Source: Octopus vulgaris (Eukaryota). From it: a stretch of 64,000 nt of DNA. The translations under genes were made by a program, and so were the position numbers. The notes beneath the pieces are model-generated. The model was given only the letters and a program-made list of their open reading frames with translations. It made no database searches and was not told the origin of the DNA. This document shows, piece by piece, positions 1-14,633 of the stretch (position 1 is its first letter; each line of letters begins with the position of its first letter). The stretch lies in assembly GCA_951406725.2 (NCBI GenBank), contig OX597840.1, positions 34,906,001 to 34,970,000 of the forward strand, given 5' to 3'.

Positions 1-206
1 AGGTTGCAGAGGGGCTGGTATGGGAGTGCCGACAATGGAGAGAACTGGTGAACCTGGTCAGCTCTGCACATCATGACATCTCTGGGACCACTAACCTGAG
101 ATGACCCCAGCACCATCAACCAAGTGAATGAAGCAAGCTTCCCTGCAACTAAGCAGGCAGGAAGCAAGATATATATGTACAAACAAATATAATTCTAAAG
201 CAGAGG

Positions 207-745
207 ATCATCATCATCATCAGCATTGTTTAACATCCGCTTTCCATGCTTGCATAGGTTGGATGATTCGACCAGGGTCTGGGAAGCCAGGAGGCTACAC
301 CAGGCTCCAGTCTAATTTGGCAGTGTTTCTACAGCTGGATGCCCTTCCTAACGCCAACCACTCCATGAGTGTAGTGGGTGCATTTTAGGTGCCAATGGCA
401 CAGGGGCCAGAGGAGGCTGGCAAACGGCCACGATCGGCTGGTGCTTTTACATGTCACTGATACAGACGCCAATCAGGCGGTGCTGGCATCGGCCACATTC
501 GGACAGTGCCTTTAACATGTCACTGGCACGGGGATCTTAACTACAATTTCCATTTGATTTTTATTTTTATTTTGATGTTGGTGTTAACGTACTTGACTCA
601 ATATCTCTCCTCAAGAACAGTAGGTCACTCTACGATCCAAGGTTACCACAGCAGGCCGTCCTATGAACCATGAACTCACTTCATTTGTCGGGTCTTCACA
701 GTCACAGCATATCTCAGGGGTCTCGGTCTTTGTCATTTCCTCTGT
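207..745 (-). mobile_element. 5'-truncated RTE-clade LINE (ORF2 end plus repeat-containing 3' UTR)
   Basis: Minus strand reads GFTEEMTKDRD.. (RTE-type C-terminus), then a 3' UTR ending ggcgttaggaagggcatccagc...ccatgc(a)agcatggaaagcgga..(GAT)n. Confidence 0.65.
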
Positions 746-1064
746 GAAGCCCTACGTGTCACCGACACGGGTATCACAACTACAATATCCATACGATTTT
801 TATTTTGATGTTGATGAACTTGACACAATGGGTCTCCTCAAGCACAGCAGGCCGTTTAATCTTTATCAATCTTTAAACGGATGTTTAATCTTTATCAATC
901 CACATGAAAAAGTAAAGAACAAATTCTATTTTAAACACACCATTTGCAAAGGAACTTATTTCAAAACCAGGATCCTTTTACTCAATACAAGATAGAATAT
1001 TTTACAGGATTTTTCACAGTATTCCTGCAAGTCAGATAAGACATCTGGTATCCAGGATCTAGTT

Positions 1065-1345
1065 CAGGGGTTCCCAACCGTATTTTGCTTGTGGAACCCC
1101 AGAAAGCTATCATATCATCTGTGGACCCCATATATGTACGTGTAAATTTTTGAAATAAAATATTTGTTTGTAGGTTAGTAAAAACTAACAATGAAACAAT
1201 TTCGTTATATTCATAACAGAAATTCCAAATACAAATCTTGAAAATTTCAATAAATACAGGGTACCTCTCCTAGTAAACAAAATATATATATATGGACCCA
1301 CAAATTACAATTTTTTTACTCATGGACCCCAGTTGGGAAACCCTG
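1065..1345. mobile_element. hAT (Charlie-type) MITE
   Basis: TIRs CAGGGGTTCCCAA / TTGGGAAACCCTG; perfect 8-bp TSD ATCTAGTT (1057-1064, 1346-1353). Confidence 0.9.
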
Positions 1346-2987
1346 ATCTAGTTTCTGTATAGAATGAGTTATGGGAGCTGAGAATTGTGGGAGTTGAAAT
1401 CACAGATCTCACTTGCAATGTTATTTTTCTTCTTTTTGGGGGATATTCCAAGATTTAAAAAAAGTCATACACAAAAAGAAAAAAACAGTAACAACCACAA
1501 CAGCAATGATAACAACAACAACAACGATACCAAATATTTTGGATCCAAGTTTAGCCGTTTTGGCTCAAAACCCTTCCTGCTTCTTTTATACAAAACTTTC
1601 GATATAAAGTGTTCTAAATTCTGTTGTGTCTGGGGAGAGTCATTTTCTTTTTGTGCCTTATTATTTAACACACTCACCGGTAAAATTTCCACTTATTTCT
1701 TATTTTTATTTTCCTAAAATTTTCGTTGCGTCTTGCAACCTTTTCAATAGTCTTGACTCTGTCCGTTATTTACACTGCGTTCCTTTTTGTTTGTTTGTGC
1801 GCATGTGTGTGGGTCAGTGTGTGTGTGTGTGTGCCTATACATGCATACATGTACGTATGTATGTGTGTATGTGTGTGTATGCATATGTATATATGTATGT
1901 ACGTGTGTATGTATGTATGCATGTGTGTGTATGTAAACATGTGTGTGTATGCATATGTATATATGTATGTGTGTGTGTGCATCTGTATGTATGTATCCTG
2001 TATATTCATGTGCTTGCCTGTCCGAGTTTGTGTATTTTCTATGTATGTATGTGTGTGTGAGCATGTGTTTGTATATGTATGCACCTCTGTCTCCTTGTGT
2101 GTGTGTTTTGCAACTATGTACCATGTTTGCATGTATGGATGTGCATCTCTATATGTGTGGATCCGTGTCTCCATATGTGTCCTTGTGTGGAGTAAAGTGT
2201 GTGTGTGTGTGTATATGGTCATGTGTTTCAGTCTCCATTTGCGTATGTGTGCTTGTCTGTTCTTATAACCTATCTACCTATCCATCTGTATATTGATCTA
2301 TTTATTTTCATAGCCATATGCTTACATACAGAAAAATTTCCAATTAAAATTACTTGTTAATTTATGTTCCAATTAGCAGCTTAGTAATGACCGAAGATAT
2401 TTCTGTAAATTCTTTATTAGTTACAAAATTAATTAAAACAAAAGAGGGTCGTAGTTCAACAGAAATAGGGGAACAAAAGGGTGAAAAGAAAGCCCCTTGA
2501 AAGTGTATTATCAGAAATTATTGTTATTGCTATAAATATGTTACAAGCAGATCCAAAGACCTGGTTTTCAGCAATTTGATAAGTCACCTGTTTATAATAT
2601 CTTGGAGAGAAAAATTACAAAATATAGGTGCATGAGTAGCTGTGTGGTAAGTACCTTGCTTACCAACCACATGGTTCCGGGATCAGTCCCACAGTGTGGC
2701 ACCTTGGGCAAGTGTCTTCTACTATAGCCTCGGGCCGACCAAAGCCTTGTGAGTGGAGTGGATTTGGTAGACGGAAACTGAAAGAAGCCTGTCATATATA
2801 TATACATACATACATACATATATATATATATATACATACATACATATATATATATACATACATACATATATATATATACATACATACATATATATATATA
2901 CATACATACATATATATATATACATACATACATATATATATATATACATACATACATATATATATATACATACATACATATATATAT

Positions 2988-3054
<67 letters not shown>

Positions 3055-3056
<2 letters not shown>

Positions 3057-3478
3057 AGTGGCTGTGTGGTAAGTAGCTTTCTTACCAACCACATGGTTCC
3101 AAGTTCAGTCCCACTGCATGGAACCTTGGGCAAGTGTCTTCTACTATAGCCTCAGGCTGACCAAATTCCTTGTGAGTGGATTTGGTAGATGGAAACTGAA
3201 AGAACCCTGACGTATATATATGTGTATGTGTGTGTGTGTATATATATGTATATGTTTGTGTGTCTGTGTTTGTCCCCCCAACATTGCTTGACAACCGATG
3301 TTGGTGTGTTTACATCCCCGTAACTTAGTGGTTCGGCAAAAGAGACCAATAGAATAAATATTAGGCTTACAAAGAATAAGTCCTGGGGTCAATTTGATCC
3401 ACTAAAGGCGGTGCTCCAGCACAGCCACAGTCAAATGACTGAAGCAAATTAAAGAATAAAAAAGATAAATAAAAGAAT
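3055..3478 (+). mobile_element. tRNA-derived CORE-type SINE (family A), full length
   Basis: tRNA-like head ggagtggctgtgtggtaag...ggttcagtccc, CORE-like accttgggcaagtgtc, internal (TA/TG)n, tail (GTAAAAGA)n. More than 15 copies or fragments in the window, e.g. 5212-5608-, 25830-26226-, 40221-40636+, 43805-44207-, 44248-44625-, 53121-53512+, 57070-57518-. Confidence 0.85.
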
Positions 3479-4685
3479 ACATATATAAAAAAAAGATAGT
3501 AAATCTACTGATTTATCTCTTAAGGGTTTCAGTCAGTGACCTGTGGCCATGCTGGGGCACGGCCTTGAAGAGTTTAACCTGAACAGATTGACCCTGGTAC
3601 TTATTTTAAAGTTTGGTTTTTATTCTGATGATCCCTTTTGATGAACAGCTAGGTTAAGGGGATGTAAACAAATTAACATTGGTTGACAAATAATTGGAGG
3701 GGGAGAGAGGGAAAGAAACACAAAAGCATACACATACATACACACATACACTACATACATACATAGTTACATACATACACACATACATACATACATACAT
3801 ATATACATATGTACATACATACAAACACACATACATACATACAAACATACATAATACATACATACATACATACATACACATACATACACACATACATACA
3901 CACACACATACATACATACATAATACATACACACACATACATAATACATACATACTACATACGTACATACATATGTAGATACACACGTACACACACACAT
4001 ACATACATATATACACATATACATACATATACACATACATATGTACGTACATACATACCTACATATGTACATACATACATGCGTACATACACACATACAA
4101 ACATACATACATATATACATACATAAACCATACACAAATACATACAAACACACATACATACATACACACGTACATACATACATACATACATACATAATAC
4201 ATACATACATGTATACGATGGGCTTCCATACAGTTTCTGTCTACTAAATTCACTCACAAAGCACTGACTGACCTGAGGCTATCATAGAAAGCATTTGCCT
4301 GAGGTGCTCTGCAGTGGGATTGATCCCAGTACCTCATGGTTACAAAGTGAACCTCTTAACCACATAACCAATATTTAATAAACCATGAAAGACAACAAAA
4401 ATTTTGTCAAAACAACAATTTGTCACAGACTTACCTGGGTCAATCATTCCTTGTAAAATTTAATAATCATATATATATGTGTGTGTGTGTGTGTGTTCAC
4501 AAATATATAGTTATACACACAGGTATTTATGTATACCTGTGTGTATATTTTTTCACAATCCTGTCACAGGTGTTTTCGTTGAGTTTTAACCAAGTTGATA
4601 CGTGTAAAGCCAGGTGGAGTATATTTAAAAGTATGAAAAGAAATCACTTGATATAGTCGTAGCAGGCAGCTGTAGGGGAGAAGTG

Positions 4686-4716
<31 letters not shown>

Positions 4717-4955
4717 AATTGTGGGGGTAGGTATATACACACAAACATATATCTGTATACAGGTATGTACATATGTGCATGTGTGCGCACGCACGCACAC
4801 ACACCCACAGACACGTTGTACTTCGTCCAGTTCAGCCGGGAAAAGTTTTTATCTCTAATGGATTTGTGTGACAAATCATTTGCTTCTTATCAATTCAGAG
4901 AAATATGTATATATATATGTGTGTGTGTGTGAGTGTATATATATGTGTGTGTGTG

Positions 4956-5006
<51 letters not shown>

Positions 5007-5154
5007 GTGTGTGTGTATATATATGTATATCTATGTATATATATATACATATATATGGGTTTTTTTTCTTGAGAACACTCTTTGTAAGGCGATTTGACAT
5101 CTATCTCTAGCATATAGGAATCCACTTTAGTGGTCATTCCTCTTATTAATTTTA

Positions 5155-5194
<40 letters not shown>

Positions 5195-6384
5195 ATTTAT
5201 GTATGTATGCTCTTTTATTCTTTACTTGTTTCAGTCATTTAACTGTGGCCATGCTGGGGCACCACCTTGAAGGGTTTCAGTCAAACAAATCGACCTCAAT
5301 ACTTATTTATATTTAAACCTGGTACTTGTTCTATCAATCCCTCTTTGCCGAACCACTAAGTCACAGGGATGTAAACACACTAACACAGGTTGTCAAGCGG
5401 TGGTGGGTGTCAAGCACAGACATAAACACACACACACACACATATAGGACAGGCTTCTTTCAGTTTCAGTCTTCCAAATCCACTCACAAGGCTTTGGTTG
5501 GCCTGAGGCTATAGTAGAAGACACTTGCCCAAGGTGCCACACAGTAAGACTGAACCTGGAGCCATGTGGTTGGGAAGCAAGCTTCTTACCACACAGCCAT
5601 GCCTGTGTCTATATATGTGTGTGTGTTTGTGTGTATATATATATATTAGAAAAAATAAGGTACTCAGAGATCTTGATGGTTGTACATTTACAAATTTTTA
5701 TTAATATGTCACATGTTTTTATAAATCATATATTAGCGCTTGCATCTACTGTAGTAGATTCTTCAGATTTGAATTTTTAGGGGATTTGTCTCTTTTTATA
5801 GTATTATTGAGTGTGTAGGGGTGGAGAGAGATATAGGATAGTAAAAGAGGATGAGGAATGGGAGAAAGTGAGAGAGAGTGTGTGTGTGTGCTTGTGTATC
5901 TGAAAGGTGTGTCAATGGAAAAGAGAAGGAAAGAAAGAAGGAAGAGAGAAAGAACAAAGAAAATGTCTTTACATCTTTGCAGCTGGTCAGTTCTTTCAAT
6001 AGAAAGTGATGAGTTGATTCTTGGCCTTCAAAAATGGCAAAACCAGGTGGCCACTCAAAGTGGGGTCTTGTTTTGATAAAAGTTATTTTTCAAAAAGTTG
6101 TCTGGATTTGTTATCATCATCATCATTGTCCAGTGAGAGAGAGTAAGTGTGTGTGTGTGTGTGTGTATGTGTACCTGTGTGTCTGAAAGGAGTGTCAATG
6201 GAAAAGAGAAGGAAAGAAGGAAGGAAGGAAGAAGAAAAAATTGTGCTTACATCTATACAGCTGTTCAGTTCTTTCAATAGAACATAAGTTGGTTAATAAA
6301 AGTTATTTTTCAAAATAACTTCAACACACCAAAGGCTTAGCATCTAGCAGCTGACCTGGTAGCAGCCAACAAGATTATCCAGTA

Positions 6385-6772
6385 CTAGCAGTATCGCCCA
6401 GCATTGCTTGGGTTTGTTTCGACCCTTTAGAATCGGAATTTTGAAAAGTAAAAACTTTGCATTATGTAGCTTGTTATTCTCTTTGAGTGAACATTTTTCT
6501 GGTTGAAATACACCAAAAAATGGCGACACAGCAGTCAAAAAATTGTAAAAAGTAGGGATTTTCATAGAAAAAAGCACCATTTTGATGTAAATAATTTTTG
6601 GTATTAATATGGTCCGATTTGAATTTTTTCTTCTACGGAAGGAAGAGCAGGCCTTCTTCTATCATACTCTCAATTTTGGTCAACTTGTGCCGCAGGGTCT
6701 CGGAGGAGATAGTGTTAGTTGAAGGCTACCAAACCTGCCACTCACAGACAACTTCAGCTTTATATAGAGAGA
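6385..6772 (-). mobile_element. Non-autonomous Helitron
   Basis: 5' A|TCTCTCTATATAAAG; 3' hairpin CCCAAGCAATGCTGGG then CGATACTGCTAG|T; no TSD. Confidence 0.8.
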
Positions 6773-6907
6773 TTTCCAACAATTTTGACCACTTTTCTTT
6801 GAATTCCATATCTCTAGCGCTTGTGGACATGGCCATGAAATGATCAAAAACAGGCAGTTCCCATGACTTTTCAAAACACCTTTTTTTTTAATACTCAGAA
6901 TTGTCAA

Positions 6908-7156
6908 TAGAGGCATGTGACTTAGGGGTTAGGGTGTTGGGCTCATGATTGTAAGATTGTAGTTTCGATTCCAGGACCGGGCTACATTGTGTTCTTGAGC
7001 AAGACACTTCATTTCACGTTGCTCCAGTCCACTCAGCTGGCAAAAATGAATAACACTGCAAGGGACCAGCATCCTGTCCAGGCTGGGGAATTTATATACC
7101 AAGGAAAATGGTTCTATGTGCCCCTTTTTTGGGAAGGAACTTTATTTCTTTTTTTA
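6908..7156 (+). mobile_element. tRNA-derived SINE (family E) inserted in a CR1 fragment
   Basis: 12-bp TSD CAGAATTGTCAA (6896-6907, 7157-7168); flanks join to the CR1 3' end seen intact at 22750-23185. Confidence 0.8.
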
Positions 7157-8149
7157 CAGAATTGTCAAAGCGTGGAACAAACTACCCACATCAGTTGTTA
7201 GCCATCAGGACACTTTCCTTCAAAAATTCCAAGCTTCCTGAAATTCACCAACACTACTTCTGTTGTAATACACCCTTTCCTTTTAATGTTTGCTTTCCTA
7301 TCTTCTTGTCTCTTGTGCTCATCAAGAGATCGTGGTTTTGTCAAACTGCCAGGATCCCCTGTAACAGCTTCATCCATTCACCTGATGCCAGTAACTTTAC
7401 CCCTGCAAATATTGAACTTTGTACAGGAATCAAAAGAAATTACTTTTTTTCAACAGAAACGTGGCTTGGCTTTTGTAGAGCCAGGAGGTAAGACACCAAA
7501 AAGATTAGATTGTGATATAATTTCTGTATACCAAATCCACCCACAAGGCTTTGGTCAGTTAGAGGTTATAGTAGAAGGCACTTGCCCGGTAGTGATTCTG
7601 GTGTTCTGCAAGAGAACACTCTGGTTCCATATCTGTGTCTGTGTTTGTCCCCCTAGCATTGCTTGACAACCGATGCTGGTGTGTTTACATCCCCGTCACT
7701 TAGCGGTTCGGCAAAAGAGACCGATAGAACAACTACTCGGCCTACAAAGAATAAGTCCTGGGGTCGATTTGCTCGACTAAAGGCGGTGCTCCAGCATGGC
7801 CGCAGTCAAATGACTGAAACAAGTAAAAGAGTAACCAATAAGCCACTTGCTTCCAGAACCACCATACAACAGACCGTAGTCTCTCTCCATCGCAGAGCAG
7901 ATAATAACAAACACAAACGTTTTAACGAATTCCAGTGAAGAATAAAGACAAAACAACAGCTTTTTTTTTTGTTTTCATTTTTGTATTTCTTTTAATATTT
8001 ATAATCATGTTTTTTTGTCAATAATTCTGGGTGAGCAATGTTTAAACTAGACTTGAAGTAATGGAGCAAATAAAAATATATATGTACATATGCAAGGGTG
8101 ATTTTTTTTGAGCTTGTCACTGGTTATATATGCATGCTATATACAAATC

Positions 8150-8631
<482 letters not shown>

Positions 8632-8655
8632 ATCTTACACACACATCTTCATACA

Positions 8656-8879
8656 TATGAGGGGTGAGGTTAAAAAGTTCCTGGTTTTGGGTAAAAGAAA
8701 ATCCAAGAGGATCAGTTAACTATGATCTTATTCAACATGTTCCCCTTTCAGATTCATATGCTTATTGCAGTGGTCCTTCAGTTTTTCTAAGTCCTGTTAA
8801 GGAACTCAGAAGTTTGGAACTCCAACCAGGCCTTTCACAATACCCTTAAAAAGCCAGGAACTTTCAGTGCACCCTCGTA
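8656..8879. mobile_element. Tc1/mariner-type MITE
   Basis: TA-flanked imperfect TIRs TAtGAGGGgTG..AAAAGTTCCTGG / CCAGGAACTTT..CACCCTCGTA. Confidence 0.7.
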
Positions 8880-10715
8880 CATACACACACGCATTCATAA
8901 TCCACTTACACATACTGGAACTGCATGACTTTACCAGTGGTTGTGTTATATGCACACATACACACACATCATTCATATAAACTTTGACTCACACATATAC
9001 ATACAAAATGGTGACTAGTGAACTTGCCAATGGTTATACGTGTCAGCCACACACACACATATATATACACTGTGTGAACTTGATTAATATATATATACAT
9101 ATATATACACATATATATATATACATATATATACACATATATATACATATATACATACACATATATAATATTAGAAGGTTTGGAGATGATGTGCAGGTAT
9201 TATATATTAGAAGAAATGAGGTACTCAGAAATTTGGATGGTTTTATATTTACAGATATTTATTAGTATGTTACATGTTTTTATAAATCATATATCATATA
9301 TTAGCGCTTTATGACAGAATTTTTTCAGTTTCCATCTGCCAAAACCACTCAATTTGAGATCAATTTGAAGACTCCACTAGAATGGATGAAAGTGCTAATA
9401 TACGATATATAATTTATAAAAACACGTAACATACTAATAAATATTTGTAAATATAAAAACCATCTGGATTTCTGTTAACTAATTTCTTCAAATATATATA
9501 TATACACATACATATATATGCATACATATATATATATACATACATATACATATATACACATACATATATATATATGTATTCTAACATGTATACATATATG
9601 GACACGCAAATACAATGATTGTGAGCTTGCAAGTGACTATATGCATGTGTGTATACAATATATACACACACACATATATATAGAGAGAGAGTGTGTGAGC
9701 TTGCTAGTGACTACATACATACATGCACACACGGATACCCAGTGATTGTGAGCTTGCTTGTGACTCTGTATATACAACCATATATACACACAGTGGCTGA
9801 GATTGCAAGTGATTATATGCATATACATACATTCACATATACAGTTTATTGTGGGCTTGCAAGTGACTATATATATATACATACACACATATGTATATGT
9901 ATGTACATATGAAGTATATTACACACACACACGCACAGAACTGACTGAGCATGCCAATGGATTTTATACACACACACACCACACACATATATATATACTC
10001 ACATGTAGAGAGAGACGGTAACATCAATCTACCTACATCTATATACACCCACTTTCTTTCCATTACAGCCTTCTTGTCCCCTGATCTGGCAGAGAGAGAC
10101 AACATGTTGCTCTGAAGTCAGACCCAGGAACACCAGCAGGCTGATCCCTTCTCCGCGGAAGGATGAAGGGGACAAAAAAAAAAAAACCCAACAAAAAACA
10201 AAAACAAAACCCCCACCGACGCCAACGTCTACCTATACGTACTTTCATCTTAAACAGCCTCTTATCCTGACTCCTGTGACATTGCATCAGGTTCAATAAT
10301 AATAATAATAATAATAGTAGTAGTATTAGTAACGGCAGCAGGCTTCCCAGCTCTCTATGTAAAACAGAAACACACAGACACACACATATACAAATAGCAC
10401 CTATCTGGCGAGATATACAAGGAAACGGTTGCAATTTCATGGAGCAAGCAACGGCAGTTTTCTGATGCTGTTTTTCTTGTCTTCCACTCTGTTTCCGACT
10501 GACCTCTCTCTGCCATTGCTTTCTAGAAAGATTCCATTTCCTTTTATTTTTTTTTTGGCACCAAATGCTAGCAAAAATCTTCTCTAACCACTTTACACCA
10601 TAATTCCTTTTTTCCCCCGCCTTTTTCCACAGTTATACTGATCCACAGAAAGGATTAACTAAGAACCATCCATTGTCACACTCAGTAACAAGATTTGGAG
10701 GTTTTAGTGAGCTTG

Positions 10716-10749
<34 letters not shown>

Positions 10750-11785
10750 ACATTTTACTAAATTCTTTGTTATATTTAAAATTAATTGAAAGAAACACAG
10801 AACATCTCAACAGAAATATGGTAACAAAAGGGATAAAATATATAATAGAGAAACAATTTTTAACCCTTTTGATACCAACCCGGCTGAAACAGCCTCTGGC
10901 TCTTTAGTACAAATGTCTTGTTTTCATGAGTTTTGAATTAAAATCTTCCACCAAACCTTAGTCACAATTTAGGTTCCTAACACTAGCTGAATGATAACTA
11001 AGTTATTTTACTAAATTCTTTGTTATATTTAAGATTAATTGAAAGAAACACAGAGCATCTCAAAATGAATATGGTAATGAAAGGGTTAAGGTCACCAGAA
11101 AGTCTTAAATCAGGCATTTTCACAATTGGGAGAAATGGGCCTCTCCTTAATTGTAAAATATTAATTCCTAATATTACTACCAGCTTGCGTATTCAATGGC
11201 TGGGAACAGTCAGTTCAACTAAGAGAGTACAGTGACTGATGTGTCAGCCATTCGATGCAGAGCCAAGGAGAGGGCAACAGCAAGGGAAGTAACTACGCAG
11301 CACACGCCATTTTCTCTTGTCTGTTGGTCTTTTCTTCCATCTCTTGCTAATTTTAACACAGCTGACACATAACGAATGGTCTGCTGCCATTTAGGTGCAT
11401 AGTGCAATTGGTTGGCCTCCTAAATTGTTGTGCCATATGCAGCATACACACACGTGTGTGTATATATATATATATATGTATATATACATACACATATATA
11501 TACAAATATATAGATATATACATATATATAGATATAGATATATACATATATATAGATATATATATATATATAGATATATACATATATATACACACATATA
11601 TATACAAATATATAGATATATACATATATATAGATATACATATATATATATAGATATATACATATATATACACACATATATATATACATACACACACACA
11701 AACGTGAGCATCTGGTAGTTTGATTCACGTATTCCTAAGTATTGTTAAATAACACATTATTAAACTCAGACACACACCTACATAC

Positions 11786-11819
<34 letters not shown>

Positions 11820-13747
11820 ACACATACACACATATATGAGTAAGTGCATAGATGCAAAACGAGGTGGGAAAACATGGTACTTGAATATTGACGGTAGAGT
11901 AATATGCTTTTTATTAAAGCCAAAAGAAAAAAAAAAGGAAAAAACCTCTCATAAACTTACTCAGAGTTTTATGTTACTGGTCGTTAGACAGTTGGGATCA
12001 TACAAGAATGATAATGTGAAACTCTGGGTAACAGCTTGTGAAGATATTTCTTGTTTTGGCTTTAATAAAAAGCATATACATATATATATATATACATATA
12101 TACAAGTACATACATAGACATTATATATGTACAGACATATGCAGTATATTTATAAATTACATCTTCATAAATCTCTACAGACATTTACATATAGACCTAT
12201 ACACATACCTGTACAAACACCAATGCATATATTTAATATATACATCTATTCACATATCTATAACACACACATAAACACTGTTTCAAGATGTAGAAATTCT
12301 CTGACACTGGCACCAGGTTTCCATTCCAATTTTTCTTACCAGGAACCTTCCAGAAAGCTTAACAGTAGCAGTGAGGTCTTTGGAGATATTAATCAGAGCG
12401 GAGACATACACACACACACACACACACGGAACACAGACCCCAATTAGAAGGGCAAGGTAACCAACATACCCTGGAATACAAAAGGCACTTCTACGCGCGC
12501 ACACATTTTAATTTTTCTCTCGTTTATCCTTTTACTAGTTTCAGTCATTCGACTGTGGTCATGCTGGAGCACCACCTTGAAGAGTATACACCATCATCAT
12601 CATCGTTTAGCGTCTGCTTTCCATGCTGGCATGGGTTGGACGGTTCAACTGGGGTCTGGGAAGCCAGGAGGCTGCACCAGGCTCCACTCTGATCTGGCAA
12701 TGTTTCTACGGCTGGATGCCCTTCCTAACGCCAACCACTCCGTGAGTGTAGTCGGTGCTTTTTATGTGCCAGACGAAGCTGGCAAACGGCCACGATCGGA
12801 TGGTGCTTTTTACGTGCCACCGGTACGGAGGCCAGGCAAGGCTGGCAATGGCCATGATCCGATGGCGCTTTTTACGTGCCACCGGCACGGAAGCCACTCG
12901 GATTAATACAACTCAGAGAATCTGTAGACTGGTCCTTATTTCTATCAACCCCAGATGGGATGAAAGGTAATGCTGAACCTGGGGCAGGGCTGAACCCAGA
13001 ACATAACCAAATATTTATTGAAACTTCCATATGTAGTACGAGGCACAATGGTGCAATTAAGCTACAAACCAGTTAGTTGCTGGACTGGTTTGTTAACCTC
13101 ACGGTCAGGAGTTCAAAACAGCTGCTGCCTGGTGTTAGCTTCCGTGGGGTGGCACCCCTGGGCAAGGCATGCGACCACTTGACTAGAAACGAACACGCAT
13201 CAGTTCTTTTGTTTTCATTTCTGTCATTAGAGAAACATGGCCATGCTGGGGCAACCACCGTATACATACACCACTCTGTATCAAGCCTTAGAAGCATGAA
13301 AGGCGAAGTGACCCTCGGTGGGATCTGAACAAAAGACGTAAAGAACATAGCTATATATACCACAAGGTATTGAATCCAATGTGCTACTGATTCAGCCGTT
13401 TCCCTGCTTTACAGGCAGTCCTCAAGATTTGTCTTAATTAGTCATCGTCTTCATCATTTAACAAGTTTTCCATGCTGCCATGGGTTGGATCGTTTGACAG
13501 GATCTAGCAAAGCACAGGATTGCATTATGCACCAAAGTCTGCTATGGAATGGTTTCAATGGTCAGATGTCCTTCCCGCTGCCAACAACCTTACAATGTGT
13601 ACCGGGTGCTTGTTTTCATGCCACCGGTACTGGTAAGGTCACCAAGTAAGGAGCAAGAGTGAAAAAAAAAAGTGTCCCACAACTGAGGGTTGGGTGGAGT
13701 ATTTGAAAGGAGGAGGTGACTTTATGTCAGGTGTTGAGAGGCTAAAG

Positions 13748-13947
13748 CAGTGCTTTTCAAACTTTTTGCTGGAGCGGAACCCCAAGGAAACATTCCACTG
13801 GCTCAAGGAACCCCTGTGCAATAATTTAATAGTCTTATGCACACATATCTGCACAGGAGAATTAAAAATTACTGCCGATTTTAGCAGTTTTGTAACTTCT
13901 GCGGAACACCTGAACTGTACTGGCAGAACCCTGGTTGAAAACCACTG
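13748..13947. mobile_element. hAT (Charlie-type) MITE
   Basis: TIRs CAGTGCTTTTCAA / TTGAAAACCACTG; 8-bp TSD GGCTAAAG on both sides. Confidence 0.9.
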
Positions 13948-14156
13948 GGCTAAAGTATGACAGAGGGACCAGTAGAGGTGTCTTGCTGCAGAGAAGACAC
14001 ATGATTACCTGTGCACATGGTGAAATAGATTTATATTTATATTTGAGGGTATGCCCCAACAAATCTTTGCTATCTCTCTCTGTCCTTTCTCTTTTCCAAC
14101 TGAGGGAGTCACACATCTCCTCTACAGCAAGGAACCTGTTTCTGTTCCCTTATACT

Positions 14157-14633
14157 TTAACCCTTTCGTTACCAACCTGGCTGAAACCAGCTCTGGCTCT
14201 GAGTACAAATATCTTGTTTTCAAAAGTTTTGAATTAAAATCTTCCACCAAACCTTAGTCACAATTTATGTTCCTAACACTAGCTTAATGATAACCAAGTT
14301 ATTTTACTAAATTCTTTGTTATATTTAAAATTAATTGAAAGAAACACAGAGCATCTCAAAATAAATACAGTAACGAAAGGGTTAAAATATATAATAGAGA
14401 AACAATTCTTAACCATTTTGATACCAACCCGGCTGAAACAGCCTCTGGCTCTGTAGTACAAATGTCTTGTCTTCAAAAGTTCTGAATTAAAATCTTCCAT
14501 CAAACCTTAGTCACAATTTATGTTCCTAACACTAGCTTAATGATAACTAAGTTATTTTACTAAATTCTTTGTTATATTTAAAATAATTGAAAGAAACACA
14601 GAGCATCTCAACATCCAGAAACGAAAGGGTTAA
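14157..14633 (+). mobile_element. piggyBac-type MITE, tandem dimer
   Basis: TTAA-CCCTTTCGTTAC...GTAACGAAAGGG-TTAA ~225-bp units; other arrays at 10752-11089, 20262-20741, 59997-60732; partial copy at 25535-25728 (-). Confidence 0.8.
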
